Below, in pieces: positions 35,461-50,300 of a stretch of DNA of 64,000 nt (positions are counted from its first letter, which is position 1; every line of letters starts with the position of its first letter). This DNA is from Takakia lepidozioides (lineage: Eukaryota; Plantae; Bryophyta). Position numbers and translations under genes: made by a program. The notes beneath the pieces are model-generated. The model was given only the letters and a program-made list of their open reading frames with translations. It was not told where the DNA came from and searched no databases. The stretch covers positions 95,790,001 through 95,854,000 of the forward strand of contig CM060731.1 in the NCBI GenBank assembly GCA_030704615.1, read 5' to 3'.

Positions 35461-36020
35461 TAAAGTTACACCATCCATAGAATCAGTGACAAGTGGACAT
35501 ATAATAACTTCAGGAAAATGGATGACGGAAGAGGAAACGGAAATTACTTTAAAAATAGACACGTGGAGGTCAGGGCGCGACACACAGCAGACAATGAAGT
35601 GCAAGGACAGGTGTCAAAAAGAAAGAAGACAAGAACGGCCGTCAAAAGGGATGAAAGCCAGGCCCATTAATGAGTACGGAAAAAGGGAAACGGAACGAAC
35701 GGCAAGTACAGAAAAGCCGAATTCTTGTCACATGTGTGATCCTAGTGGACTATCCAAGAGGGAAAGTCCACTAAAGAAGATAAAATTTAAAATCCAGTCA
35801 CAGCAGATACAGCCAATAGAAAACCAGAGAAAGGATCAAGAAAATGGAGGGAAATTGAGCGCAAGAGGCGGCGTCGTTCTGAGTAACGGGCGTCTCGACA
35901 GGACAGGCCATAAATGCTATAACTTGGAAACTATGGAGGAACTAACAGACTATACGCTCGCAATATTACTTACGCAGTGGCATAGACACGAAAGGACAGA
36001 GCTTTTCTCTTGAGCAATGC

Positions 36021-39000
36021 TTGCAAGCCCCGCAGGCTTACAAGAAATTACCCATAGCTTTCTGCGGCAACCATACGTTTATGCTTTGTGCACTACAGGC
36101 ATTCCTGCAGTTGTTACAGCCAAAGCAGTTCTGTGAGTCTAAAATGAAGAGAGTGAGAGGAATGGAGGAAATCAGGGTGAAGAGCACCACAATTCTGCAG
36201 AAACAAACGATGGCTACCCCACAGGCGATAAAGATACTGGAGGAGCTGAGATTGGAAGGATTGCAAAGCCTAGATTGGACACTACACCATAGACAGTACA
36301 TGTTACAATTTTTGCAGAACTTTGAGCCAAGGACAGGAACAACAACGGTGAAGGGAGTTGAATTAATGATTACTCCCCTATACCTCCAGCAATTGTTTCG
36401 ATTGCCAGCAGGTCAGGTGCATGTGGAGGAACACAGGGCAAGACTGCAAATAGGGGACTTATTCCAAGAAGGGAGTTTCTTTAAAACTCAGGGTTATGCT
36501 TGTACCAAAGCTGTGTACCCAGGGTTAAAAGAGATAGGCCAGGTATTGAACGTTCTGATTGCCCTGAAACAGAACCAACAATATTTGAGCAGATCCTTCA
36601 TAGAGGAAATACTCAAAGGCCTGAAGGGACAAGAGGTACAATGGGCGGACATAATGTACAACGCACTAGTAGAGGAGATGAAAAGATTACAAGGTACTAC
36701 CGCAAAGTCTCCTATCATTGTGTCTGGCCCAATCATTGCTCAAATAATCCTTAATTCTGGCATATTTAATGCACAAGAAAGGAAGGAAATGGGAGTGTTT
36801 GAGCCAGAACAACTGCAATGGAAGAGCAAGGCTCTTCACACAGTGAGGGTGGACTAGCAGCACAACCCGAGACTAAGAGGCAGAGAAGGGGAAAGACTGT
36901 AGTGGCGGATCCACTGGCTTCACGGATTCCGCATGATAATGTTTCCCAAGCTCATGGCCAGGAAGGGGCACAGCAGCACAGACAAATGCTATTACTGGAA
37001 GCAGGACCTTCAGAGAGGGAGGAGGAAGTTACTTCTGCATCACAACCATCACAGCCACTTGAACGACTTGTCACAAGGTCACAAGTTATCCATGCAGCTC
37101 AACCCGAAATAATTGATTTGGAAAGTGAAGGCATAGATATTCCAACTACAGAACAGATAGTGGCAGAAATAGAGAAAGGGGACCTTCTCTATGAATATTC
37201 TGGTCTGGTCAAGGAGACAGAAATCCCAGAGGTGCAACAGTTGCCCAAGGGAAATCCTGAGGTGCATATAATACACACACCTGTGTCGGAGGTACCACAG
37301 GCGGAAGGTCATGACACTGTAGCACCGGTGATAGATGAAGTAGTTCAGGAAGAAAATCCGGTGGGACAATGGCCTGAATGGTTAGTGAGACATCATACTG
37401 TTGAAGATCAGGAGGAACAGCAGCAACCTCACCATGATGACCCTCAACAGGCAATGCTGATGAGTTCCATAGGCAGGACACTTAATTTGTTGGGGACTTA
37501 TGTCAAATCCCATGTTCCAATTACCCAATTGACAGCCTTGAAAGAGGAACTCAGGAAGGAGTTTGAGGCTCGACTTGCCACTGAGTGTGCAAACAAGGTC
37601 GATGAAGAGGTCACTCTCAAGATGAAGCAGGACTTGGGCAATACAGAAATGGCTTTGCAATTGGCCAAGCAACAATTGATTGAGGCAGGCCTCGCGCAAG
37701 ACCAGTTGCACGAAGCACATAAGCAACAGCTATACCAAATGCAGGTGCAGCATGAAAGCAAGTTGCAAGAACTGAATGCACTACATACGGAGTTGCAGAC
37801 AGTGCATAACAGGATGGCGATACAATGTGCTACATTTACAACTATGCTTGACCAATCAACAAAAGAAATAAACAGTCAAGCGGAAAAATGTACGAAGGCA
37901 GAAGAAGAGAATGTTGAGCAAATGAAGCTCATTGTCGATATGAAGAATACAATCTGTCGCAATGAAGATACTTTCAAGCAATACAGGCAGATGGAAGCTG
38001 ATCAAGAGAAACACATCGTGGAGTTGCAACAAACCATCGTGGCCAATAGAAATGAAATCGCGGTCAGTAACAAGGCTTGGAAGGAAGCCAATAATCTACT
38101 TGCTGCTTATGCGCAATTGGTTGAGCCACAGGCGAAGCGCATGGAGGCTTTACAACAGCAGTTGGAATTGTACAAGCTAAGAGAGGAGCAAACTCTCAGG
38201 GGAACCACAAGCAGCTTGGTGGATAACAGCCTTATGCAGGTCTGGTTAGCACAAGGGCCAGTAGAGGGCAAAGCCCCACGGAAGCTCACCCAAAGCGAGA
38301 TGAATGAGCTCAGGCTGCAGGTGCAGAACATTGCCACAACTACTATAGACAATGTCTATAGTAGGATAGCAGAGTTACAAGAGGATGTAGACGGACTCCA
38401 GACTCAAGTGGAAGACCTCACTTCAAACATCGACCAAAGAGTCTATATCCCTCAGGAACAGCTAATGGCTTCTTATTTACAAGCCAGAACTTTGGCTTTT
38501 CAGTCTTCACAGGAGGTGCAGGAGATGCCAATGATACAGGAGCCAGTACCACCACCACCACAACAGGTCAGTGTACCAGTAGCTGAACCTGTGGTTACTA
38601 CAACCACACCACAGCCACCACAGCCGGAGGTATGGGGCAATGCCGCTTTTAACCCACCTAAAACTCCAGCTGCAAGGGAGTACAGCAGGGCTATGCTTAT
38701 GCCCTTCAACCAAATTCCCATCATGTTGGATTTGGCTTGGAAAGAATTTAGTCCTCCGCAGTCATTCGCACATTACTACCAAATCATGCGTATTTGGCTG
38801 CCAGTGGCAACTAGGACTAAAGTTCTTCCAAACAATCGACATATTGAAGATCATCACTTTGCACAATACTGGCACGAGGCAGGTACCATGTTGAGGGAAT
38901 TGGTTGCTTTCCAGGTTGTACATGGACTCATTTATACCAAGACCAAGGAGATAGCAAGTATTGTCATGGGGTGCGGGCTATACTACGCTGCTTGTTTTCT

Positions 39001-39693
39001 GGTACGTTACCACATTGAGCAACAAAAGATGCAAACACGCTTTCAAAGTTACTCCAGTGGAATCATTGGGTATTACCTTCGGTGCCACCTCATATGTACC
39101 TATATGACCCAAAAGTTATGATGCAAAAGGATTCTCAAATTCGTTCATGGTTTCAAGCAGCCTGCAACCATTTGTCAACACAGAAATTCGGACTTGATGA
39201 CATTTTCTATAAGGGACATGTGGCATGGAAGTACTTGCACGCTGCACCAGTAATTGGTACCCCACTCACCTGGACAGACAAGGAGCTCAGTGTCTACACC
39301 AATTTTGCTGTTCAGCGGTTACACCAAGTTGTAAAATGCAAACTTCCAGACATGGTAGGACAGCATTGTATGCCCCAGATGATTCCACAAAAGGTTCGAA
39401 AATTAAAACATCTGAGAGGTGATGAGGATTCTGATACAACTGTTTCTTCACAGAATTCTTTTGACATGGGAGAAGACTATGCAATTCAGATGGCAGAAAA
39501 GAAGCGACGGGGGTCTCCTATGCCGGAAAGGTTACCTCGATATCAGCCTCCAGAGGGCCTCACTTATCCAGGTAGTGATCAACCATCTCCGTCAACCAGA
39601 GACAGACCTCGGGCTCGTACACACAGTCCGCCACGAAACTCTCAACGTCAACAAGGTGCTCACTCACAAAGGTTTGCTACTCGGAAACAGTAA
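36021..39693 (+). pseudogene. Large 3' extra ORF (env-position), split by two frameshifts
   Basis: Three ORF pieces colinear with the intact 1224-aa ORF 54376..58050. Confidence 0.85.
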
Positions 39694-39731
39694 ACCGTGA
39701 GGACACGGCTTTTTGAGGGGGGAAGGGGTAA

Positions 39732-40791
39732 TGTTAGAGGACTGTAGGGGACTTAGACACTTATACGGGATCTGTAGGGTACCCTTAAATTTTGCACAGA
39801 CTGAGACCAACAGGAGCCTTAGGGGTGACAGCAGCGCACTGTAGAGGGGGGTTACACAGTCGTCACAGCCCACACAGCCGTCACAGTCCACACAGCCAAC
39901 ACAGCCAACACAGCCCGTCACAGTCGTCACAGCCAACACAGCCGTCACAGTCCACACAGCCAACACAGCCAACACAGCCCGTCACAGTCGTCACAGCCAA
40001 CACAGCCGACACAGCCACACAGCCGACACAGCCGACACAGCCCGGCACAGCCACACAGCCAGTCACAGCCCGACACAGCCAAACACAGTCGCACAGCCAG
40101 TCACAGCCCGTCACAGTTTCACACAGCCAGTCACAGCTTGACACAGCTGTCACGATCATAGGGAACGAAGAGTAGGACAGGGAACGACTGTGGGGAACAA
40201 CACCTGCGAAGGGAACATGTTAGTTCACAGACGACGGTTAGTGAGGGAAACGGTTAGAACTGCGGATAGGAAGATAAAGGGAAAACGGGGAATGAAGAGG
40301 GGATAGATTTTTATCATTCTTCAGAGGAGGACTTCTTAGTCAGGCTGGAGCGGAGATCGGAAGCAAAAGATGGAGAGCACGGTGAAGGAGGAAAGAGGAT
40401 TAGTAGATGCTTGTTATATGCAAAGCTGTAGTGATATTGTAGAGCAGATTAGAGACATAATGGCTTCGGCCTGATACCTGATAAATCATAATCTGATACT
40501 TATACGATACAATCACACTGTGTAGAGAGATCTGAGTGAAGCTGTGGATTGAATGGATGAGTGAAGGAAACCGATAGATTGATGAAGCAAACTGATACTT
40601 AATTATCAATGGTAAGGTAGCTAAGATGAATGCGGAAAGGGAAACAAATAGGAAACACCCCCATGATACACTAGCTGTAGGTCATGACTGATTGTTCTGC
40701 GCGGGCTGAGTACTTAGAGATTTCCAACTCTTCTATCTTGGAGTTTCCGCCTCGGATAGCGAAGGGATGGGTGAGTAAAAGCCGCGCGACA
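39732..40791 (+). repeat. 3' LTR
   Basis: Follows PPT GAGGGGGGAAGGGG; repeat of the 5' LTR. Confidence 0.95.
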
Positions 40792-40991
40792 CCAAGCAGT
40801 TCTATAATTTGAAAACTTGTATGACAGGTACACAAGTTCCATTTTAACCAAAATAGGAACTTCTGTACTAACAAATGTTATGTGTCATGTTTGGAATAAT
40901 AAGAGTAGTAACAAGATATAATTACATGTCACATGCCATGAAAATGAACGGCACACGTTAGAGGTTCTTTTTTTGTGCATTTCATGTGTCA

Positions 40992-43900
40992 CTAAGAAGT
41001 TGAACTAGGGTCCTTCTTTAGCATAGCCCTAACCTCTAACTGGCTAAGGGAAGGTTGGTGGATCTCATAAGCCCCGGCGCATCCTAGATGCACGTTGTAC
41101 ATGAAGTACATGTGCTTACAAGGTAGATATGTTTGTTTTTTCTTCTTGACAGATAGCTCATCAAAGTCGGGACAATCACAAGATGGAAACTGACCAATGT
41201 ATACATTGTAAACCAATCCTGCTCTGGTAGATCCCTCTGTTTGTAGCTGGTAAATTCTCCCAAACCTGGCTGAGGCACGTTTCTGAATCCACGAACCTCA
41301 ACAATAAGAGTCTCCGCTGACTCTTGGCGACTCAAGTGTTGAGGAGTCGGATCCCGACGCCGAATGCGCACCCCATAGCGTGTAGTGGGATACTTACCCA
41401 CATGAAGGACAACACCTTGATGAATATGTTGTCCACTGCAAGTGGTCCCACAGGAAAGTTCGGATCAGGAACGTTGGGAGGATGGATTAGTCGAAAACCT
41501 GCAAGGGTCAAGTTGTCCAACTCTTCTTGTGTAAGGTTGGTTCCAACCTTCACAGGCCACACGTTAGGTATACCCAATTTCCCAAGCAATAGGATGGCAC
41601 GGTCCCTCCAACACACGACAAACATCTGTGGGGCAAAACCAAAAAACTTTCAGTTTTGGTTATTTCATGTTCGGTGCTAGTAACTGCCAGTGAAGCAAGG
41701 TGCAGGACTTTCCTTTACCTTCCTGATGAGCGCTTTGCATTTATCTTTGGAAACTCCAACCAAGGCAGAACAACGAACCATGGAAGCAGGACCTGTCCGC
41801 TGAATCCTGAACAATGCATCGGAAAAGTCTTGTGTCTCTCTCACTGGATTTCCCCATTGCATTGGCTGAGGAGGGATAGCCGACCGTGTCTCACAGAAAG
41901 TCGAAGAACCAGGAATGTCATGACTTGATTTGGAGTTGACAAACCTAGATGGCTGGTGTGGACTGGGCATCCCAGTGGCGCGCACTAGAACAGTCTTTAC
42001 ATTCATATCACACCTCCAAGATTCGTTTGGCCCACCATGCTCATCGCCTAACTTGCGTTTGACTGGAATAGTGCGATTGTCTCCCTCCAATTGAACCCCC
42101 CTTGTGTGCATGGGTGTTCCAGGCTACTATGCCACGTACAACCTTACCCATTTTGTTGGGCTATTAGATCTAGCTGCTTGACGCAAAATGAGCTCCTCTT
42201 TGTCGGGCCCCGTCCCCCATGTCTTTCGTGGGTGTTGCCTGTTTTTGTTTAAAATGTTGTCTGCTGAAAAAGAGCTCGTGACATGTCATGCATGGTGGCC
42301 TCAATAGATCCACCTTCATTTTTTTCCCATTTGCCTGTTGTCTTGCCACCAAGAAGGAATGGACTGCCTCAGAAAATAGTGGTAGGCATAATGCATCTGC
42401 CTCCACATCCATGTCCTCTTATCCATTGGCCCCACATTCGATATCTGTAGTGCCACCATGCAAGCATGAATCCAGTTTTGGCAGACTTTTTCTGGAATGC
42501 TCCTGAAGAGAGCACAAAGTTCCCAGACTTGCAATTGTAATTGTGGTTTTTGTAAGCATCCTCAAAGGTTCGCACTACTTTCCAGTCATAAACAGAGCGA
42601 GGTGCCTTTCAGGGACAAGTCCGACCCAAGATTATAGTCGTGGGTCTTCGGAGGCTTTCACGCCCAATGAATATAAACATGTTCTTTCTTTACCTTCCAT
42701 TGGGACATTGGGATTAGATCCATAAACCCTCGAAGAGCAGCCAATTCGCTCCTGCTGCATCCGCCATGAAGCCAGCAAAATTTGGTTTGTTCAAGCCAGC
42801 AAGTTTTGCTTGTTCATTGATCATCTCCCAGAATAACACCTGAGCATCTGCATCCTCTGTTTTCATATCGCAAATGGCAATGGTCATCATTCGCTTGACA
42901 TATGGTTCATAGACATGACACGCAAGAGTTGTCCAATCCTTGATGCGTTTGACATGGTCAAATACTACCCAACTTGTGCGTACACCCCCTCATTCATGCG
43001 ACGCACAAGATCAACACCACTGCGGGACCAGCAATAGACATCTTGAAAACATGGGGGAGATGAGAAGTATGCTGGCCTGGAAGGAGATTGCTGTGAATGA
43101 GAATGGTATGTACTCAGACGCTTCAACTCCAATATGGACATGATGGAATTGACACGTGCAGATGCGACCTTGTTTTTCACATTGGGGCTACAAACATAGG
43201 CAAACTCTTCAAGAATATCTTCCAAAGCCTCTCCCTCAAGACGTACTGTCTCTGTGCCATCAGCCACAAGAACTCGATCAATCAAGAAGCTTGGGCCATG
43301 GGCCATTGACAAGGAAATAGCTCCCGGGTCGACCATGGCTTCATCTTAACGTGCTCTTGAATCATGTTTGATGCATTTTCCGCAGCCTCTCTATTCTCGC
43401 CCTTGGCACATGGATGGTTATGAAAACCCAACGTGAACTGCAACACGTGTATATGTTGGAAGGGAACTTGTGACATAGTACATTCTTGCCCCACAATGCG
43501 CCTCACAGAAAGGTCTTTCTTTGCAGAAACTACACTTGAACTGGTTGAATGGAACTTGGGCTCCTGCAAAGAACACCTTGTCTGCATTGCCTTCCCAATA
43601 GCGGTCATTCCGTTCTCCTTCTTTCTTGAAGAAGGGGCAAGTGCTGCTTTGACATATGAGCTTTCCAACACAAAGAACCTTACTACATTTCACATGATCT
43701 GGAACACCAGACATATTGTAGGTATTGGTCTTTGCACCAATGATGACCATAAACTTGCGGTCCATGCCTTGGAGGGACTATGAACCACGGTCCGTATGTA
43801 GTTTGACCACGGGGGGGAGTTCGTGTATCACTTTCCATCAAAAGCTGAGGAAGACACCGAACACGATGCACTGAAATGTGACTATAGTCCAAGGTAGAAA

Positions 43901-44346
43901 GCTCTCCTTTTGATCCATTCCTCGAGCAGTGGCCAAGATACTCAAAATGGACAACACACCGGAAGGAAATGCAGATGTAGCCTCCCCTGCTAGTCGTGGA
44001 GATGAAGATAAACCCCTCGCAGATTCGCAACAATCAGACGTGGTGTTGTCCAATGGAGTTTTCCGAGGCTTCATGTCGTGAAGCAAGACCGTATGAGCAG
44101 ATGAGGAAGGTTGAGATCCACAAAATACACTCTTAGAAACCTCAACACAATCCGAATTATGAGACCCCAAGCTTGCCGAATTGCAACCTCCTCCTTCAAT
44201 TTACAACTCCCATTTGTTGCTAGCTTGATCGTTCTTTCTTGCAATAGAAGTGTGCCTCTCATCATGTGACTGTGTATAGCTCGTACCTGTGACACGGTAC
44301 TTGGAGAAAGTGTCTGGAAACAACTCCCATTGCTTTTGGCCGTCAT
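40992..44346 (-). pseudogene. Mutator-like (MULE) DDE transposase with N-terminal WRKY/GCM-type zinc domain and C-terminal SWIM finger; many frameshifts
   Basis: Manual translation: FDHVKRIKDWTTLACHVY..FAGFMADAAGANW (about 42965-42740), KERTC..HW, SEAVHS, SWIM CDCPDF..CKH (about 41190-41110), C/H cluster ending HVGFHNHP. Confidence 0.75.
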
Positions 44347-45231
44347 TGAAAACTTGAAAGCAACACTATGGATGCATCATTCTCCATCATCCTCCAAAAA
44401 AACTGAAACCCGGAACAAGTTTGAATCTATTGCATAACCAAGGTTCTGGGATAATGCACTTGTTTCCATTGCAAGGATAACGAACCACTTTGCATCAGGT
44501 GGACATGAAAGCAATGCATATTTGGGTGTAGACATTTGGCAATGCCTCAAAGTTGAGGAGAAGATGCAAAATGATGAAAGCGCACATCTTGCAAGACTTA
44601 TGCAAATACATTAAATGGCTTACATTACTTATGTGTATCATCAATCCATAAGGTCCAAATTTTTTGAGGCATGTGCTCCATCCATATTATTCTCTGATAG
44701 AAACAACTAAATGGACTATCCCCTATTTTTAAGACGACGACGCCGTTGTTGAGATCTTAGAATCCAATGTACTGCCTTCTTCTTATGAGCATATGAAACA
44801 TAAATGCTCTGCATGTTTCCATTTATTTTATAAACAATCGTTGATTAATCGTCCAACTATGAACTGACACACTAGATGACACAATTTATTTACAATCAAA
44901 TCCCATGACATGTATGTTGATTTGTTCTTTGATTACTCATGTATGAGTAATGAGTACAAGTATTTGTGCGACAATTGACTCTAAAACCAATAAATTGATT
45001 AAGACACCCATAACAAAATATTTAGTTACTTTATCACTTACTTTATATTGTATTATGAAGACGCCGCCACAAAGTAACATGTCAATCGTACAACCATATT
45101 CTGAGGATCCACGTGTAACCCATGTAGTCCAAAAAGCACTAACGCCAGAGTGTATAAAAAAGGTTCACATTTCATATTTGGCCAATTTGGCTTTTAAGGC
45201 CTTAGCCCTCCCCCCTTTCCCCCCGCTTCCT

Positions 45232-45300
45232 TGGCGGGGCAGGTTTGAACCCGCAACCTAGTGGAAAATACACACAACCTTAACCAACAAGCCATGCTCT
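45232..45300 (-). pseudogene. Degenerate tRNA-like sequence or SINE head
   Basis: A-box-like TGGCTTGTTGG, B-box GGTTCAAACC, ends ...CCCCGCCA; poor acceptor-stem pairing. Confidence 0.35.
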
Positions 45301-45859
45301 ATTCAATGAAACAATGTCTACTTTTTTGTTAATAAACTGTTTCTATTCAGTTAAACTTGTTGCCATTACTACACTAACGTAGTCGTATACTTGAACATTA
45401 TCCCTTGCCACTCCCCCAAACAACACACACACAAACTACACAAGCACTTAACACGTCTCTTGTCTCTACACCCTGGATACTCCCGGTGCAAAGAGGAGAC
45501 GGAGGCGCCGCATCTTGGCATTATACTATACCACCCCGAGGCAATGAGCTGTTGCAGCGATGGGGAGGAAGAAGGAAACTCGAGGGGGAGGCGTTGGTGG
45601 GGGTGGTGGTGGTAGAGGCAAGCTGCGGACGAGAGAAGGTAAGCTGTAGTGTTGTTGTTTTTCATGACCTGCACTTAGGGCATATGCGTCATCGCATAAG
45701 CCCCACCAGCTGCTCCTAATCTAGCACCTCCGCCGGCCAGAGATTGCCCTAAGTCACTTCAACTCTCACAAGTTTGCGAATCTCCACATATACACACAAC
45801 CGTCTCTCCACCGGCGGGGAGACAGCTCATCCCCTTGGTTTTTTCTGATGCTTGGAAGG

Positions 45860-46528
45860 GCTGGGGCTGCCACCTCCGCCGGCCGCATACCGTTGGAGCT
45901 GGGAGGGCGCACCACACAGGTTTTAGGAAGTGCTCCTCTACTCCTATCCCGTTTATTTTTTTGCATGCTCATACGTTGCTGTGCTCGAGCGGGTTGGGCT
46001 GGCGTATCCGCCGGCGCATACCTGTGCAGCAGGGCCTGCTCAATGTTTCAGGAAGTTCTCCCCTTTTTCCATCTCCCTTGTTTTTCCGCATATGCTCAAA
46101 AAGTTGCTGATGCTCCGAGTGGGCTGCGTGGCAATCCGCCGGCGCATAACCATTGAGTACATTCTTTTTTGCTCAGCTCGTAGGTTTTTCAAGAACATCT
46201 GCAAGCGTCTCCGCCGGCGGAGACACTTGGAGCTTGGTTTTTTTTGCATATTCAGTGGGTTACGGAAGCTACAAAGCGCAAGGTGCCACCTCTGTCAACG
46301 CAGACCCGTGCAGCAGGGCTGTAACCTATTCAGGGAAGGTTCTCCCCCATTCCATTCTTTTGTTTCTCCGCATTCTCACAAGTTGTTGATGCTCCGCGTG
46401 GGGCTGGGCTGCCATATCCGCCGGCGCATACCCATTGAGCACAATCTTTTTTTGCTTAGCTCCTAGGTTTCAGGAACCTCATGCAAGCACTCCCGGGGGA
46501 GATGCTTGGAGCTTGGTTTTGTTGCTAT
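45860..46528. repeat. Degenerate direct repeats with CCGCCGGCGCATA motif (about 283-bp duplication)
   Basis: 46020-46245 resembles 46305-46528. Confidence 0.7.
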
Positions 46529-47028
46529 NNNNNNNNNNNNNNNNNNNNNNNNNNNNNNNNNNNNNNNNNNNNNNNNNNNNNNNNNNNNNNNNNNNNNNNN
46601 NNNNNNNNNNNNNNNNNNNNNNNNNNNNNNNNNNNNNNNNNNNNNNNNNNNNNNNNNNNNNNNNNNNNNNNNNNNNNNNNNNNNNNNNNNNNNNNNNNNN
46701 NNNNNNNNNNNNNNNNNNNNNNNNNNNNNNNNNNNNNNNNNNNNNNNNNNNNNNNNNNNNNNNNNNNNNNNNNNNNNNNNNNNNNNNNNNNNNNNNNNNN
46801 NNNNNNNNNNNNNNNNNNNNNNNNNNNNNNNNNNNNNNNNNNNNNNNNNNNNNNNNNNNNNNNNNNNNNNNNNNNNNNNNNNNNNNNNNNNNNNNNNNNN
46901 NNNNNNNNNNNNNNNNNNNNNNNNNNNNNNNNNNNNNNNNNNNNNNNNNNNNNNNNNNNNNNNNNNNNNNNNNNNNNNNNNNNNNNNNNNNNNNNNNNNN
47001 NNNNNNNNNNNNNNNNNNNNNNNNNNNN
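46529..47028. other. Assembly gap (500 N)
   Basis: Run of N. Confidence 1.
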
Positions 47029-47382
47029 AGGTAGCCGTAGAGGAAGAGCACGTTGGTTACCAACAGGAGTTTAATTGTGATAGCGTTGCTATCCATTAAA
47101 CGAGTAGAGTTTGAAGGTTGGGAAGAAAGAAAGGTGAATGTTTATACTCATATGCATAGGCGCTGTACTGGTAAAGAATTGGATTCAAAGGATATGTGTT
47201 GGGATCAAACTCACACCAAGAACAGCTTTTCAGACTTTGTTTGCCTATGGCTATAATGGTAACGGAGACTTCAATATAGCCACGGGTGCATTGAAGCTGA
47301 AAAAATCCAGGCATATACGAGAGATATTACAGAAGAGAGTTTTGGTTATTGCCAAATTAAAAGAAATGAAAGACATGGGACA

Positions 47383-50300
47383 TGATGATGAAAGAGAAAG
47401 CTAGACGACCAAAGATATTCATCAAAAAAGAGAAAGCTATCTGAAAGCTAATTATCCATATCTTTGGGGAGAGGAATAGACTATGGGAATCATTGGACCT
47501 CTCACACCATCAAGATCAAAAAGTGCATCACCTATACCGTAAGAACTAGAGTTGGATGCCACTCCTTCTGTTTCTTTGCAAGAAAGATTAAGGGAATTGG
47601 TCAGGAAGAAGATCAATCACGAGGTGAAAGATCTGAGGTACATCCTTGGATAAAAGACTTGACAGAAATCTTTGATAAGAGTTGGCATGGAACACCAAAA
47701 GCAGGAACTCCAGTTTCTGAAGCAGAAGATGAAGAAGGAGATGAGGATGTGGCAGAGCCAACGGAGAGTTCAGACTCTCCAACACCATTACAGTTGAGTT
47801 ACATGAGTGAGAAGAAAACCAAGGGCAGAACTTGGAGGATGAAAACAGAGAGAAGAAATGGAAGAGGAAGAATATGGAAGAAGTAGACCCAACAGCTGAG
47901 GTTGAGACTACAACCAGGACATCCCAACCCGTGGACCTGGATCAAGTGGAGCACTTGGATCACAGGCCAACGAAGGTGTCGGCTCAGGGGGATCAGGCGG
48001 GCTGCCTGGATCTGGCTCTGGGGGACAGGGAGTGTGGGAAGTAGTGCAACTGAAGCTGGGAATACTGTGAATATCGTGGGGCCAGAAGCAGGGAGTGCTC
48101 AAGGGCCACCACTGGGGGAAGATCCACCACAAAAACAACAGGTCCAGAAGGACCAGCACCAGCAAGGGTGCCAGCACCTGTCAGTGGGCAGAAGGTAGGG
48201 CCACAGATGGCGTTACAACCAACACGGGCAAACCACCCTTTCCAATATATTCAGGAAAAGGGGATCCCGATGTACACATTAGCCAATTTGAGCACATGTA
48301 TAGTGAACAATGAGAATGGCGATGATGCCAAGATGAGACTGTTTCCTTGTTCACTTATCAAGAAAGCAAGTGAATGGTATGCAAGATTCCATGATAATCA
48401 ATTCCTAACCTGGAATGGCTTGAATACAGCATTTCGAAATAGGTTCAGGACAAGTAAAACTGAGGATGAAGTGTATGGAAGTTTACAACAGCTGAAGCAG
48501 AAGAAGCATGAAACTGTTGAAGAGTTATATGGAGAAGATGGAATTGATGATGAAAAAGCTGGCTGCAGTACCAGCACCCGGTTTACAGAAGACTTGGTTT
48601 GTGAGTGGACTAAGACCAGAGTTGCAGAAGAAAGTGGATATGTTACCCCATAATACAGTGAGGAGGCATTTGAAACTGCAAACAGAATTGAGCAATTGGG
48701 AATGTCAGGAGAGAGAAAAGGAAGATGAGGACTATGAAGATGAGTCAGATGAAGAAGAAGAGCAAGAACTAAAAAGAAAGAGTAAGAGAAAAGAAAAGTT
48801 GAGAGGGGATAAACTATGAGAAAAGATTGGAAGAAATCTTGAAGAAGTATGCCACAGAGGCTTGCAACACATTGGAGGAAGGGTGTATGGTGTGCAAAGT
48901 GCCAGAATGAAGGCCATACCACTACAGAATGCCACATGAAGGAGAAACACTGTACTATCTGTAAAATGGATAACCATTCTACTGAGAATTGTTACTACAA
49001 CAGAAGGACAGCTGCAAGAGAACCTAGGCAAGTGAGGGTGCATCAGGTGCAGCCCCAGCCAAGAAGAAGCAATGATCAGGACCACTATGGTAGGTCTGGT
49101 GGTTATAACAATGGCATGGAAGGGAGAGGTAATTCAAGAGGGAATTACCAAGGAAATTCCAGAGGCAACTATCAGGGTAATCCAAGGGGGAATTACCAGC
49201 CCGGGAATCAGGATTATAGAAATAATCCAAGACCAGACCAAGGGCGAGGACCAATGGTGAAGAGCTATGTTACTATTGTAATCAGCCAGGACATCGCAAG
49301 GCAGCCTGTTCATTTCTGGATAAGACACCAGAATGAGATGAGAGCTCCTGTGAATGAGGGCCCAGTGGTGGCAGCTCACATGGTTAGGCCATGTGTTGTA
49401 CCAGAAGTAAGTACAATGATAGTAACAGAAGTAAAGCCAAACTAATACCTCCAGTAGAAGAGGAAGAAGATGAGACTGGAAGTGGCAATGATATGCCTGA
49501 AGATGAAGAGACTTGGAAAGATGAGAAGGAACTGCACAAGGAAGTGGCAGATACTATAGGGAAATGCAAAAGAGTACTGATATTCCTGTGGCAGATTCCT
49601 CTGATTCGGATGGAGAAAAAGAGGGGAGTGAGGAAGAAAGGAAAAAGAAGATGCAGACATGCAAAGTAATGAAGAGACTTTGGCTGAAGTAATATGTCAG
49701 ACCAAAGCAGAAATTACCATTGGACAGCTATTAGCTGTGGCACCTTATTGTAGGCACAGGCTGTATCAGCAATCAATCGAATTGCCCAAGAGACAGGAAA
49801 CACAGACCTGAACAGCAAGGTGACCAGTTATAATGTGAAGCCGGAGGGCGAGAACCAGTCATGGACTTTGATGATTCTATGCCAGTAATCCAATTGAGAA
49901 TTGGAAGCACAGAACTAACTGATGTACTGATAGATGGTGGTTCTGGAGTAAATATCATGACAGACCAATAAGGAAGAAGCTTGGTCTAAGTAACATGAAA
50001 CCAGCCCCATTTACAGTAACAATGGCAGATCAAAGAAGTGTACAGCCATTGGGATTAATAAGAGGAGTTAAGATACAGATACAGAAAATGATCTTTATGA
50101 TCACAGTAACTGTATTAAAAATGGATGAAGTCATGGAGGCTTACTCCTTATTATTGGGACGTCCGTGGCTGAAACAGGCCAGGGTATTCCATGACTGGAA
50201 TTCTCAGTTACTAACTGTGCATAATGGGATGCACGAGATACAATTACCACAAAGAAATCTAGTAGATTACCTGCTACAAGAAGACCTCGAGGAGTCAGAG

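Larger units (their letters stand above)
28348..40791 (+). mobile_element. Full-length non-chromovirus Ty3/Gypsy element (Athila-like) with extra 5' and 3' ORFs, copy 1
   Basis: TGT...ACA LTRs, 5-bp TSD CCAAG (28343-28347, 40792-40796), PBS, PPT, PR-RT-RH-INT order. Confidence 0.95.

Noticed and set aside
46435-47099. ORFs spanning the N run
   Set aside because: Assembly-gap artefacts; adjacency across the gap is not established
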